Positions 38,162 through 52,246 of a DNA stretch of 64,000 nt are shown here, one piece after another. The translations under genes were made by a program, and so were the position numbers. How positions within the stretch are numbered: position 1 is the stretch's first letter; each line of letters starts with the position of its first letter. This DNA comes from Chrysemys picta bellii (taxonomy: Eukaryota), in contig NC_088791.1 in NCBI RefSeq assembly GCF_011386835.1, positions 247,628,001-247,692,000 on the forward strand, in the 5' to 3' direction. Below the pieces are notes generated by a model, which saw nothing but the letters and a program-made list of their open reading frames with translations, ran no database searches and was not told the origin of the DNA.

Positions 38162-38520
38162 ACAGAATCATAGAAATGTAGGGATGGAAGGGAACACGAG
38201 AGGTCATTTAATCCATCCCCCTGTGCTAAGGCAGGACCAAATATGAGACCATCCCTGAGAGGTGTCTGTCTTACCTGTTCTTAAAAACCTCCAAAGATGG
38301 GGATTCCACAGCATGCCTGGATAGCTCAGTGGTTTGAGCATTGGCCTGCTAAACCCAGGGTTGTGAGTTCAATCCTTGAGGGGGCCACTTGGGGATCTGG
38401 GGCAAAATCAGTACTTGGTCCTGCTAGTGAAGGCAGGGGGCTGGACTTGATGACCTTTCAAGGTCCCTTCCAGTTCTAGGAAATGGGATATTATTATTAT
38501 ATATCTAACCTAAATTCCCT
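38162..38520 (-). mobile_element. CR1 3' fragment interrupted by a SINE
   Basis: gaatcatagaaatgtagggatggaaggg...ggggattccaca, resuming after the SINE at atatctaacctaaattccct (38501). Confidence 0.8.
38319..38490 (+). mobile_element. Tortoise-type tRNA-derived SINE with a CR1-derived tail
   Basis: A box TAGCTCAGTGG, B-box-like GAGTTCAATCC, tail ggctggacttgatgacctttcaaggtcccttccagttcta. Confidence 0.9.
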
Positions 38521-40009
38521 ACAGGAAATCCATTATGTTATTTCAGCCCAGACCATATTGAGGAGCTGACATAATGAAACCATCTGCAAAATTCAGTACA
38601 ATTTCTGCTTGGAAAGGGGCCAGGAATGAGATGGTTTACAGCTGGATTACACTTTATTCCTCTGGATCTAATCACCAGTATGGATCTCTTGCACCTTATT
38701 TTCTATCCTGTTTCAATTAATCTAACAGAAGCGATTACTTAGGAGTGGTGCCAAAGGATACAATGGATATAAATATTTAAATTGTCATAGTGAAACAGCT
38801 TCCATCCTATACATACAACTCAACAAGAATGTAATGCAATGTCCTGCTGTTTAGAGCAAGTCTGCTTTATCAGCGAAGCAAAACTGGGATTATTTGGCTA
38901 TGGGAGGTGAATCTTTCTTTTGTGTCAGCATATTAAATAGGAACAAATACACATATAAGTTAAGGGCCAGATACTTCACTGGCAAAAATGAGGGAGATGC
39001 TCAGATGGACAAAGGGACCAACAAATATCTGAGCAAGAGGCAGCTCAATTCCTCATCCTGCTCACTCCTACCTGCCCCGAGTGTGTCTCTATCTACAGAC
39101 AGCAGAATAACTAATAGAGCACACAAGGAGGGTGGGCTCTAGGATCAGGAATGTGGAGACATGCCCACAGTCATCAATGACAGGATACATTCCTTAAGTA
39201 GGCAATTCCTGCTGTGTTCTTCCCATGACTTAAAATAACTGGAAGAGGTCTCACACAATTAAATTGTCCAACTCAGGCATGTGCAGAATCTATTTACAGT
39301 ATGGAGCAAAGGTCAGAAATTCTAGGAAGCCTGGAGGAATTCTTCCCAGAAAATGTTTGCAATGTCTGACGCAAATTGGTGCCTGTTCAGTAAATGAGGT
39401 ACATGAAAGAAAGTGCTCTCAGGGGTGTGATTTAATTTAGTGATAACTTGACATTCCGTAATTAAGCCCCAGAGAATTATGAAAAGACTGAACAGACTTC
39501 CAAAGTTATATTGCATATCCATAAGCTTTAGACATTTTTTAACCTCCAATTCTTTTAGGACCACTCAAGAAGAAGAGAGCTCATGTTTTGAAGCTTTCTT
39601 TCCCCACTGCTAAATTTAAAAAGTTAAACAAAGGAACAGTTATGATTATTATTAAACATTTACGTTGTGGTACTGACTAGAGGCCAACCAAGTTGAGGCC
39701 CCATTGTGCTAGGTGTTGTCCAAGTATATAAATGACAATCTCTGCTCCAAAAGAGGTTATAACCCTAAAGACAAGATGTCATACATGGAGGAGACAAATA
39801 AGCAGGACAGCATGTGGGTGAGGAGAAGGAGGCACTTAACTAACAATGAGCAGTAATCACATAGAATTAGAATAGTTGCCATAGCTTCACCATACTTGAC
39901 AACATACTCCATCATACTTCATTGTAAGTCTATTCTTTAACACTTTCTGGTATAAAGCCAGTGTAGTGAATCTGATGACTCATTCTTCCCCACAACAGAA
40001 TTACCTTGC

Positions 40010-40480
40010 AGTCATAGGTCATTCTAGGGTGGAGAGAAGAGACCAGGTTAATGCCCTGAACTTTTTAAAGGGTCACTTGTGGAAGAGAAATCTCGCTTCC
40101 TGTGATACTGACTACATGTAAAGGCATCCCACCAGTTCCTTGGTGCTTATCTGAGACCTTAGTCTTGCCAAGATAGACAGTCAGGTGGGACTTGGAAATT
40201 TTGAGGGAAAAACAATCTTTCATAAGAACTGTAAGGAGGATGGCTGGGAGAAGGAAATGGTAGGGAACTCCTAGATCTAATGCTAGTATCGTTTGACAGC
40301 TGGTCCACCATGGAGGGGGAGAAAACAAGCATGATAGGAAGCCATTCAGTAGGGGTGGGAATAGAAAGGGTCATTAGGAAAACAAGCAGTGTCAGAGTGA
40401 TGAAGGCTAATTCAGGAAAGAGCATCCCAGTGGGTGCATGAAGGAGAAGCTGCACTACAAACCAGTTCTAGCAGAGCTAG
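40010..40480 (-). mobile_element. Degenerate L2-like fragment (similar remnants at ~34300-35120)
   Basis: Purine-rich text resembling the reverse complement of the 8360-8800 L2 region; no intact motif. Confidence 0.35.
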
Positions 40481-41844
40481 TAGAAAGCCACTGGTAGGAA
40501 GAGACAGAGGAGATCAGAAGTAGAACATCTCTGAAATCAGAGAAGGGGCCAAGGCTAGGAAGATCAGCCTGTCAGAGAATGAAAATTACATTGATGCAAG
40601 GTCATATACTTACAAATTTAGGTCCTTGATAAGTGTTACAAGTGTTCCGTAAACTCGCACCTCTGTTGTTCATTTACTTTGCCAAAAATAGCACTAACAG
40701 GAGAAACCAGGCTATAAGTTTACAGACTGTTTCAGCTTTGGAGTAGCCTCCACCAGAGAGGGGAGCTAGAAGTAATCTTCTGGACCAGCCAATTTGATAG
40801 TCGCCCTTTCAGGAGGAGCCCTTAAGTGTGGTGCTGGATAACTATGGACACTGCTAGCTAGAGGGGAAGATGTAATGTAAGGGTCTCAGAAAGAACAATA
40901 GACAATGCCCAGTCACTGGATAGTCAATTCCAGGCACAAGAGGCCTGAACCCTAACGGTCTTTCCTCTTTGGGATTCTCAGTGTAGGAAATAACTCACAT
41001 TTTTTTTGCATCACAATCCTTGCACACCAGGGGTATATGTGTGCACTCTTTCTTTCCTCTCAGCTTTACTAAAAACTTGTTTTTCTATTACACACACACA
41101 CATCAGTGGTTACTAGGAACACACCAAGCACTAGGGCAGGTTTAGAAAGCACCTGTAGTGCTTGCCTTTGATTGTGTGTTATGCTGGACACATTGTCAGG
41201 TACTCGGTGGGACTGTGTCACCACAGCAGTTATGGTGACCCAGAAGAGGGCATTACAGTATTATGACCTAGGATCACAAATGCATTAAATTCTACACTAG
41301 TTACCCTAGGTATAATAGTTCTCTCTGTAAGAAATTATACCTCACAATGGAATTAACAAGATATTTTGTAAAGCACAAAACAACAAAAAAATGAATATGC
41401 AATCAAAAATGTTCCCATCTGGAATTCATAGCTCTGGATTAAAGAGTATACTAAATAGTTCATTTATTGGAAAATTATTTTAGGCATGTCTCAACTACCG
41501 GAAGTTTAGTTTTAGCATGATTTTAAAACCACCACCACTTTTGCAGCCCCTGCTGCCAGAAGGTCAAACAATATAAGATTTAGTAAAACTCCACCAGAAA
41601 ATTAAATTTAAGTACCGTTCTCATGGGGAATCACACTCAACTGTTAATAATGTCAACCATTGAGGAGAAAACATACCTAGGCACAAAACAAAACAACAAC
41701 AACAAAACCAATGACTTTGCTTTTATTAGATCATCATAAACTTTTACTTCTACATAATCAGTACAGCAATAACTATTAATTTTAAAAGACCCCTATGCTT
41801 TGATTTTCAGTTAACTTTTAATGCAAGCATGAGAATTCAATAAT

Positions 41845-41863
41845 TGCCACTAGATGGCACTCA
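41845..41863 (+). promoter_or_regulatory. Candidate CTCF-binding motif
   Basis: TGCCACTAGATGGCACTCA matches the CTCF core CCASYAGRKGGCRS in non-repetitive intron sequence; motif match only. Confidence 0.45.
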
Positions 41864-43231
41864 CTATTATCATTCTTGACAATGTACATAAACAACAAAG
41901 GTGCACATTTAGGAAACACGCATACCTAATTTTGAACTTTGAGACTGTCTTAGTAAGAAGTTAGAGCGTGACAAAAATGTGTTGATACTAAATCCCAGAA
42001 TGCAGGAGAAGTAGGATGTTTCTGCTAAAGTGACCAGCTGTGAAATAGTTAACAATGCTGTGCTAACTGTGAAATAGAACTGCCTGGCTTTTATTCATTT
42101 CACTCCAAATCATACAGGCTAAAGACTTTGTTAAAATGAAAGCTTTTTTTACTGCCAAAACTGATGAGGCCAAGCCTTTACCATGGCACTCAGGCTCAAT
42201 CAGACCGATCGTCTTTGTCCATTATATCTCAAATGTTCTGCTTTTAAGGCTTCTTCTTTTTCAAGGGAAAGGCTCACCTTTCTAGACCAGGGAGCAAAAA
42301 TCTTGTTTATTTCTCCAGCAGCAAGCTGGTTTTAAACTTCACATCAAATACCTGCAAAAATTAGTATTCCCACCCTCATTGCTCTAAGTTGTATTCTGTT
42401 GCTAAACTGGATTCAGCTACTGACGTCATGTGCTGTAGGTCACCAGCCTTCCAGAAAGATAGTGTCCTATGATCTAACTTGCATGTCTGATAATGGAAAT
42501 GGAGCAAATATTTTACATTTACCTTGAACAAGTCAGCATTTGATTCTACAACATAGGTGCAGTTCTGAGAGATGCAGTAGGCCTAAAAGAATAGAACAGA
42601 GGCAGCTCTCCCTATTCTTAAATTCCCCTTTGATGTTTTACAGAGGGTTATTTGTCTGAATATTTCACAGCCCGACTTATCTCCTGAAAAACAGACTTCC
42701 CTTTCATCTAATAAAAAAGCTGTTTTTTCACACCAGAAATAAAGAAAATATAAATTCAATTAAATTTAAAAATAACCCAAATGAACACAGGTTAGCCTAT
42801 TGGTATGGTAATAATTTGCTGGTCATTCAGCTGTTTCATCCAGACATAGGACATTTATTCCTGGGACAGTGGAAACCAAATTACATTAACATGAATTCCA
42901 GAGCAGTGACTCAGCTCGCAGAATGTTTTCTCTGAATAAGGAAGAAATAAACATTAAATCTTCATAAAAACCTCTATTAAAGAATGCTCGCTACCAAAAC
43001 TAAGAAAGCCGCAGTCCTCTTCTGTAGGCAGTAAACTAAAAACTTTGTACTGTTCTCTGTTCCCAAGCTTTACTCTAATTTATGAGATGTTTCCCAAAAC
43101 TGTTTGACCTTCTAGGAAGTTGTCGTGTCACCCTAGAAGATCAAACGCTGGTACAAGAACATATACATTGGAATTATAGGTCAAAAACTCAAAGGATTCA
43201 GTTTAAAAATTCTTCATATCACAGAAGATTT

Positions 43232-43423
43232 GGGGGAGGGAGAGCTCAGTGCTTTGAGCATTGGCCTGCTAAACCCAGGGTTATGAGTTCAATTCTTAAG
43301 GGGGCCACTTGGGGATCTAGGGCAAAATCAGTACTTGGTCCTGCTAGTGAAGGCAGGGAGCTGGACTCAATGACCTTTAGGGTCTCTACCAGCTCTATGA
43401 GATAGGTATATCTCCATATATTA
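43232..43423 (+). mobile_element. Tortoise-type tRNA-derived SINE
   Basis: Same head (gagctcagtgctttgagcattggcctgctaaacccaggg) and CR1-like tail as the 38319 copy. Confidence 0.9.
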
Positions 43424-44575
43424 TTTGAAGAATACATGAAAGTATTTGGAGGAATGCTTTGAGGTGTTTTTGTAGGGTTCTCCTCTTTCTAAACAATTTT
43501 ACCAGGACAAAAACAGCAGTAAACCCACAGAAAAGGGCCAGGATAGGCAAAACTCCATGAGGCTTTCCATGCTAAGGAACTTAGGGTATTTCATGGGAGG
43601 TAGGATGGGGAGGGAGTGTTCCTATTTACAGAACCAGTAAGGGGTTTGGCTCCCAGAACTCACAAATCCCCCAAGAAATTTAAAATCAGGTTCTTGTGGC
43701 ATATTGCCAGCTCTGCCTGGTGTGTTGATCCTATTGAAGTATATGGCAGTACTCCCAATGACTTCAAAAGACAGAGATTTGACCTCAAATAACCAAGCTT
43801 TAGGAGTATGGGGCACAGTATATAAGATTATTATTCAGTTAAGGATGAGCAGATGACATAAAACTCATGCATGAAAATTATGTTGTAAGAAAGAGTGCTG
43901 AATGTAACATGCATCAGATTACTAAACCAAGTTGTCAATTAGTGCCAAACACATTACCAGTTGTAATGCAAAACAGTAGTGTTGTCTTGGAAGTTAGGAA
44001 TGGTTCAGCATAAAAACATAAGATGGAAAATGTTATGACCACTTAAAAAGTTTTTTCTTTTTTGTTTAGAGTACAGTGAGTAATGTAAATTATAGCATTT
44101 CCAGATAGCAATTTAGCCCAGTTTCTATTGGCTTCAGATTAATATACCTGGCAAAACTTCTAGACCAGATTCTGGCCCCCTGATATAATCTCCATACTCT
44201 ATAGGAAATCCTCCAGTGCAGGGCCAGCATAAGTGGTCTGTAACTGCCCCCTGTCATAGCCTCCAGTTTAGGCAGATGCTGTGTGTGAGAGTGGAAGGAG
44301 AAATGCTATCAGTGTAGCTACTCTGGTTTATATTTGTGTAATCTGGCACAGTAATGCAACAGGGAGTCCAGTCATACAGCGAAGAGTCCACTCATTGGTT
44401 AACCCCACCGAAGACATAATTTACCTTTATGGTTATCTAAATATTATGACTTCATGTTCAGTCTAAATATTGACTCTTTATCAAATAAATAACTAAAACT
44501 TAATGTTTAATTTGAGTCACTGCTGCTATTTAAATAGATACAGCAAGCTTCTTCAGACTAAGGATATTCCACACT

Positions 44576-44609
<34 letters not shown>

Positions 44610-46339
44610 TGTGTTCTTATCTCAGGTTATCTAACTTGGGTTAAAACAACCATGAAGACCCAGGAGATCAGGTTTTAACTCAGATTAGCAGCTCTAGCTC
44701 AACCCCTGTCTACCCTATGAGCTTTAACATGAGCTACTAGTCTGAGTTATAAGGTAAGTTGCCATGTCTTCACTGCTATTTTAACTCGAGTTAGCTAATA
44801 TGACTTCCAAAATAGAAAGAAAAAAAAAACTTTTAATTCAACATGGGTTTTGAAAGAATTTTAAAGGCTAGACACTCAGGGAATGTGATGCAGAGTGAAA
44901 TTCTATCCTTTTCTGTCTGCTAATATCTACACCAAAACCTTTTTATTTATTTATTTTTCATTTTCTCACTTATTTTATTAATACCCTGACCAGTGAATTC
45001 ACAAGATCAGGAGTTTTGGCTTCTGACAAGCCATATCAAATATTAATAACCTGTCAGGCAATTCAGCCAGAGGTTTGGTTTTTAATAACTATAAACTTGT
45101 TGCTTGGTTAGTTAAGCTCTTAAGGAAAACACAACAACCAACACCTGTTTGTATTAGAACATTCAGTAATAGAACTGAAAAGTGATCTGCCAGCCAATTG
45201 TTTTAAAATGTTTTTTTTTTTTTTCAGTGCTGTGTGGGAGTGTTCTCAGGAACTTAAAAATTCAGGAAGTTCAACACAGATGTTTTTTGTCAGTGGGCGT
45301 TGGAAGCACCAATAGCTACATCTGTTCATTTTTTATATTTGTGAGAACACTTTTTTTCCGCCAAAACCATCCAGTGTTGAAATTTCCACACTCTGGAACT
45401 GGCCAAAATGTTAAGCTCGTTAGACTACATGAGTATAAGTGAATATGAAAATTAAAACCCCTATAGGAATTCACAATCTACTGTATGCCAATTTTTCCAT
45501 CTTATACTTCTCTTCTGTTTGAACAAAAGTGTAATTATTTCTGTGATGGGAACCACTAGCAGAACTGTAAATAGTTTTTTGATCATTCAACTCTCACTTG
45601 TCGCAAATGGTTTTGGATTTAATCTGAGCATATGGTAGTAGGCCAAGTTGTCCCCTATGTGAGAATCACCTGTGCAGGGGACAGGAATTGTTATGAGGTT
45701 CCCCCCATGGAATTTTACTGCCATTGTTCCCTCAGAAAGATGATAAAAAGGCTGCTCCCTGTGCAGAATGAGTGGTGCAAAGGTATTTTGAGTGATTTCC
45801 TCAAACCCGCAGACATGTACAGATCTCAGGGGAAAAGCTGAGGCCTGGGTTGTCTGTATAGAAGCTCTCTAACCTCTACAGCCCTGTTTATGTGGACAGA
45901 GCTGTCCCTCCACCAACAGATTCTCTTCCCTCTGGCCTGACACCCATGCCCCACTCACACAGCCAGCTTCTAATGAGGTGGCCTCCATTGGGTCAGTGGG
46001 AATGGGTAACAATAGTATGGAGCTGGCACTCTGCCCTTCTGAGACCTACCTGCTATCAGGGGACTGTCTGACCCAATAAAATTTATAAACATATTTTTTG
46101 TACATCCTGATTTTAAAGTGCTATTTGAAATCAATGGGACTTAGGCGACAAAATACCTTTGAGGATCTGGCTCTCTGTCTATAAAGATGTGATTTGCACC
46201 ATGAAAATGTTTGGGAATCTCTTGTCTTTTTAATTCAAAACCGAATAAGAGCATTGAAATACAGTAGGTGTCCTTTTATATCATGCCTCTGATTAGTCTT
46301 ATGTAAGTACTTAAAACTCATCAGTGATTTAATGGCATA

Positions 46340-47545
46340 GTGAGTACACTTGTAAAGTTTGTGGATGATGCCAAGCTAGGAGGGATTGCAAGTGCTTTGG
46401 AGGATAGGATTAAAATTCAAAATGATCGAGGCAAACTGGAGAAATGGTCAGAAGTAAATAGGATGAAATTCAATAGGGACAAATGCACTTAGGAAGGAAC
46501 AATCAGTTGCACACATACAAAATGGGAAATGACTGCCTAGGAAGGAGTACTGCAGAAAGGGATCTGGGGATCATAGTGGATCACAAGCTAAATATGAGTC
46601 AACAGTGTAACACTGTTGCAAAAAAAGCAAACATAATTCTGGGAGGTATTAGCAGGAGTGTTGTAAACAAGACACAAGAAGTAATTCTTCTGCTCTACTG
46701 CACACTGAGTAGGCCTCAACTGGAGTATTGTGTCCAGTTCTGGGTGCCACATTTCAGGAAAGATGTGGAAAAATTGGAGAAAGTCCAGAGAATAGTGACA
46801 AAAATGATTAAAGGTCTAGAAAACATGACCTATGAGAGAAGATTGAAAAAATTGGGTTTGTTTAGTCTGGAAAAGAGAAAACTGAGAGGGGAGATGATAA
46901 CAGTTTTCAAGTACATAAAAGGTTGCTAGAAGGAGGAGGGAGGAAAATTGTTCTCCTTAGCCTCTAAGGATAGAACAAGAAGCAATGGGCTTAAATTGCA
47001 GCAAGGGAGGTTTAGGTTGTACATTAGGAAAAACTTCCTGTCAGAGTGGTTAAGCACTGGAATAAATTGCCTAGGGAGTTTGTGGCATCTCCATCATTGG
47101 AGATTTTTAAGAGCAGGGTAGACAAACACCTGTCAGGGATGGTCTAGATCAGTGTTTCCCAAACTTGGGACGCCGCTTGTGTAGGGAAAGCCCCTGGTGG
47201 CCTAGGCCGGTTTGTTTACCTGCCGTGTCCGCAGGTCCAGCCGATCACAGCTCCCACTGGTGGGGGTTTACCGCTCCAGGCCAATGGGGGCTGCTGGCCC
47301 GCGCCACTTCCAGCAGCTCCCATTGGCCTGGAGCAGCGAACCACGGCCAGTGGGAGCCGCGATCGGCCGGACCTGCGGACATGGCAGGTAAACAAACCTG
47401 CCTGGCCCGCCAGGGGCTTTCCCTACACAAGTGACGTCCCAAGTTTGGGAAACACTGGTCTAGTTAATACTTAGTTCTGCCACGAGTGAAGGGGACTGGA
47501 CTAGATGACCTCTCGAGGTTCTTTCCAGTCCTGTGATTCTATTAT
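46340..47545 (+). mobile_element. CR1 LINE 3' fragment (RT C-terminus and 3' UTR), interrupted by a hAT MITE
   Basis: ORF 46483..46929 (...DLGIIVDHKLNMSQQC...RPQLEYCVQFWVPHFRKDVEKLEKVQR) is typical CR1 ORF2; aagtttgtggatgatgccaag encodes the degenerate F(A/V)DD motif; tail gattcta. Confidence 0.93.
47150..47457. mobile_element. hAT-Charlie-type palindromic MITE inserted in CR1
   Basis: TIRs CAGTGTTTCCCAAACTTGGGACG / CGTCCCAAGTTTGGGAAACACTG; TSD GTCTAGAT / GTCTAGTT. Confidence 0.92.
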
Positions 47546-48065
47546 TATTCCCATCATTATGGTATCAGAGAGTCTACAGGAGAATAGGATAAATTTGTGA
47601 TCTTTAAAGCGATTCACATAAGAAATCCAGGACACATTTTGTATACAAAATGAGTTCACAGAGAGATTTGGGTAGACTGAAGAATGGGAACCTCAACAAT
47701 ATCTGGATAACAACCACTACAAACAATATATGACTATGTTTGACTTTCCAAATCCTCTTTCAGATCCTCAAAATGATCAGTTTATGAAATCTATAGATTT
47801 GAAATATTTTTTTTTCTGTGAAGTCTACAAAATATATGCTTATCTATGTATTTTTCCTCCTTTGGGATATTGCTTTCTGATCTTTTTATATGATCCTAAC
47901 CCAATCCAGTAAAGCATCGATGCTTCTCTAAAGCAGATAAGAGGCGTCCTCCTTGACTTACTTCATCATATGGATATACCAATATTGACTGCACAATTGC
48001 CTTTTAATGCATTTAAAATTGCCAGTACATTTTCCACTGAAAGTTACACACTGATGATCACACCA

Positions 48066-48260
48066 GGGGTTTGTCTTCACTACCATTTAAATCGATGTAA
48101 CTTATGTCCTCAGAGGTGTGAAAAAACACCCCCCTGAGCGACGTAAGTTACATCAACTTAAAGCAGTGTCCACACTGTGCTATGTTGTCAGGAGACGCTC
48201 TCCCGCCGACATAGCTTCCACCTCTTGTTGAGGTGGAGTAATTATGTCGACGGGAGAGTT
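48066..48260. mobile_element. Partial Harbinger MITE (left part only)
   Basis: GGGTTTGTCTTCACTA terminus; interior resembles the 27730 MITE. Confidence 0.65.
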
Positions 48261-51200
48261 ATGAAGACTGGTTAATATGAATCTGATAGTCTCAACCCCA
48301 CTAAGTGTTTCTGCCATTAACAGTTATGTGTCTCCTTATGGAGATGTCAACAGAAGTACTTGAGACAACTCAGGATAGTGTTAAATATATGCAAATATTT
48401 TGTGACATTTTCAGGATGGGAAACATTTGAAACAAAGAACACCCAGTAGAACGGGGAAGCAAAGCTGGAAAAGCATTTAGAATTCTCTTTAAACAGTGTT
48501 TTGAGTAAAGACTTTACTTATTTTCCTAATAGAAACAATGGCTAATTTAATTTGTGTAGTAACTCCAAAGAGTTATAATATAAATGAATTTGGCCCAATA
48601 ACCCTAAAAGCGTTTGCATCAGTTTGTTGTAAGAAGCATTCTGTTTGTGAATACATACAAACATGTTTCTGGCTGTGCCAGTTTAATGCAATATGTAGCT
48701 GAACAAGTATTCACCCAAATCCTATGGAGAAAAATATAAATCCAGCTGGCTGCATATTTTTTTCCCTGAGATTCTGGCTGATTTTATCTCCAGGTTCTAC
48801 ATATGGTCATATTAGATACATTGTAAGAATGGAACTAATTCCAAAAAATTAAGATTCTCATAGCCCCATGGGGATTACTCAAGTCAGGAAGAATTTTAAT
48901 GAAGCATCATACAGAAGACAGTTGCATGATTATCTAACTATGGTAAGCACTGGACAACGCCATTCTCCCCTATCTAACTCCTGTTTCCTTTCAGCACTGT
49001 TTATTCATTTGAATCAAACAGGTGGTTTATCATATTTCCCCAATTAGTTTACAGTAGTTTACTGGTTACTTATACAGACGTGTCCAGCTCATGCATTTCT
49101 GTGACCGTGACAACTTGAATTTATAAACATGTATGTCTGAGTAAGTATTTTATATGTGGGGCAGATATGAAATATTTGTGTGTGTTTGTTATTACACAGG
49201 AAAAAGTTCACTTGCTTGATGCTGGAGAAAACCCCCCTATGCTATATGAAAGAATAAGAAACAGTTCGGCAACATTAAGATATAACATATTTATCTTTAT
49301 GAAAAACAGTACTATGAAGATGACTGGGGAGTTCTTCGGTATTTCCACCTAGCTCCAACCCTCCCCCCAAATTTAGATATGCAGAAAATATAAACAAAAA
49401 AAAGAGAAAATTTTTAAAGCTCTTTTGACAGTTAAAACGAAGATACAATGGAGAATGTTAGGAACCTGTTTTAAACTACTGTATTAGAATACTGGAATTA
49501 GAATATTAATTTTAAACCATTAGACTATCAAAAGTTCTCTCTAATGTGCTGTTTCTTTAAAGGCATATTGGGAAGAACCAGATGTCTACCTATCCTAGTA
49601 GAATTGAGAGGTATTTATGAAAATAACTGACAAAACTTAGGGGCATTGACTGTTGCACCTTTGAGCATCAGTGGCATTGGAAATGCTATAAGTAGTTGAA
49701 AGCTTTATGACCAAGAGGTAGCTAGGAAAACTGTAACAAAAAGTGATAGGGACTGGGAGAGGGTGATGGATCAGACACTGAAATTACTTATAGGAAAGCG
49801 ATGAATCTATAAAAGAAGCTCAGTATAAGAAGTGAAATGCTCAATTGCAATCTAGTTTGCAGCAGGGGGCAAATTTGATGGGTAAATATCTGAAACAGGA
49901 CAACACAGACTGGTCTTTAGGTAGTGATAGTCTCAGTGCAGAAGAAATTAAGGGGCGAAGCATAAATGATGGAAGGCCTATTGCTAGGAAATTAGCAGAT
50001 TTACCTGAAGATAAGGAATGGAAATGTGAGGAAAGTGATGGAGAATCACCCAGTTTTCTTGGCAACATAAAGGAGAATGATGATGGAGAAGACTGTGGCT
50101 CACATGAAAAGGAGAGAAACGATAAAGAAGAATCAGCCTTGCACGATGACAGAAACCACAGTGAGAAAAATTACACACCACAAATCGATACATCAGATCC
50201 TGTTTTATGGCCGGCGATCCTAAACTCTGCCGATATGGATCGTACAATTTTGAACAGGCCAGGCAAAATTGAGAATATGACATTGCTAGTAAATGAGTGG
50301 AAGTGACACTTCTCAAATCACACTGTGAAAGAGTGCTTGAGAATGGTGAGAAACTGAATCAGCATAGGCTAGTTTACTCGAAATCAGGTGACAAAGTGTT
50401 CTGGTTTTGTTGGAAAATATTTGACAAGAATACCAAATGGTTGCTTGCGCTTTCTGAATACAATCACTGGCATAACTTAGCTGGTGCTCTGAAGCAACAT
50501 GAAAAGTCACCAGGCCATTTTATGGCCTATTCCAAATGGATGGAGGCTGAGTCCAGGATCAAGCGGAATAAATTCACAGAAGCAGAAAACCAGTACATTA
50601 TTAATGTAGAAACCCAGCACTGGAGGAACATGTTTGAGCGTCTGATCTCAATTACCCTCTTCCTTGCAAAGAATAATTTGGCTTTCCGGAGCTCGTCAGA
50701 AAAGTTGTTCACTGAATATAACAGTAATTTCCTCAGTGTGGTAGAGCTCCTTGGGAAATATGACGATGTCAGGTGCGAGCACCTATGTCAAATAGTTTGT
50801 AAAGAAGCTATAGACCATTACTGCAGCCAAACAATTGAAAATGAATTGATTGACCCTGTGGCAAGGAAGGTGCTTGATAACATACTGATGCAGCTTGGCA
50901 AAGCAAAGTATTATGCCATAATAAGGGACTCCACTCCCGACATTTGTCACAGTGAAAAGATGTCATTTACAGTAAGATTTGTTGACAACGAGGACGGCTG
51001 TATCCAAGTAAAGGAACACTTTATCAGTTTCTGGTCTGTGGATGACTCTACTGGAAAAGGCCTAACAGAACTGTTTAGGAACATTTTGAATGAGAATTAA
51101 ATAAAACTTCAGGACTGCCGCGACCAAGGCTACGACAATTGTGTGAATGTGAAGGGAAGAAACAGTGGCATCTAGGCAAAGATCCTTGAGCTGAATCCAA

Positions 51201-52246
51201 GAGCTTTCTTTTTGCCTGGTGGCTGCCATTCCCTTAACCTGGTTATGTCAGATGCAGCGTCATCTTCCTTAGATTCAGTATCTCTCTTCAGAGTACTGCA
51301 AAGGATATACGTCCTGTTTTCAGCATCAAATATCAGATGGAAGATCCTCATGTATAATGTTACAAATCTGACTATGAAGCCACTAAGTGACACTCATTAG
51401 GAGAGATGCATTGACAGCATAAGGCCAGTGAGATACCAAATGACTGAGTTTATGACATCCTGATGGAACTGGCACAGTTGAGTAAAGTCGAGACTGGAAT
51501 CTGACACGAAGTGCAAAGCCTGGCAAACCAAATCACTAACTTCAAATTTCTGGTCTCAATTGTGGTTTGGCATGATACCCTGTTCCAAGTAAACATTGTA
51601 AGCAAGGCATTACAAACTCAGTCGATGGACGTCACAACCACTATTACTTTGATGAGAAGTTGCCTTGATTTCGTTGTGGCCTACAGAGACAACAGTTTTG
51701 AAGATGCCATCATTGTTGCCAAAGAAATGGTGGAAAATGTAGGAGTTGAGCCTGTCTTCAAGGAAACTTTGTATTCATTGGAAGAAAAGACAGTTTGGTT
51801 ACGAGGGCAGAGATTAGGTGATGGGAAGCTTGGAAGAAAAATTCAAGAGGGAGTTTTTTTGCTCGCTCATTGACACTGTTCAAGTGTCCATCGAAGAAAA
51901 GTTATGACAAATGAAGCACCTCGAAAATACTTGGGGTTTTTGGTATGACCTTAATAAGCTGCTGGCAGACAGAAAAACACTCTTGAACAATTGTACAGGC
52001 CTTCACTGGACACTGACACATGGGGAATGTTCAGATGCCAATAATAAAGATCTTTATGTCGAATTAGACAACACCCATCACATTTTGCAATACAGGAAGT
52101 ACTCTCCGCTCCAGCTTTTCCAGTTCATTTATGACGCAGATCTGAAGAACACTTTTTCTAATGTGTGAATAGCTTTGAGGATTATGTTCACGCTACTGGT
52201 CATAGTCCTGAGTTGTGGGTACAGTTTTTCAAAGCTCAGGCTCATT

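Noticed and set aside
38162-38520. Apparent head-to-head CR1-SINE chimera
   Set aside because: CR1 sequence resumes after the SINE (38501), so this is a SINE inserted into a CR1 with a small target deletion.
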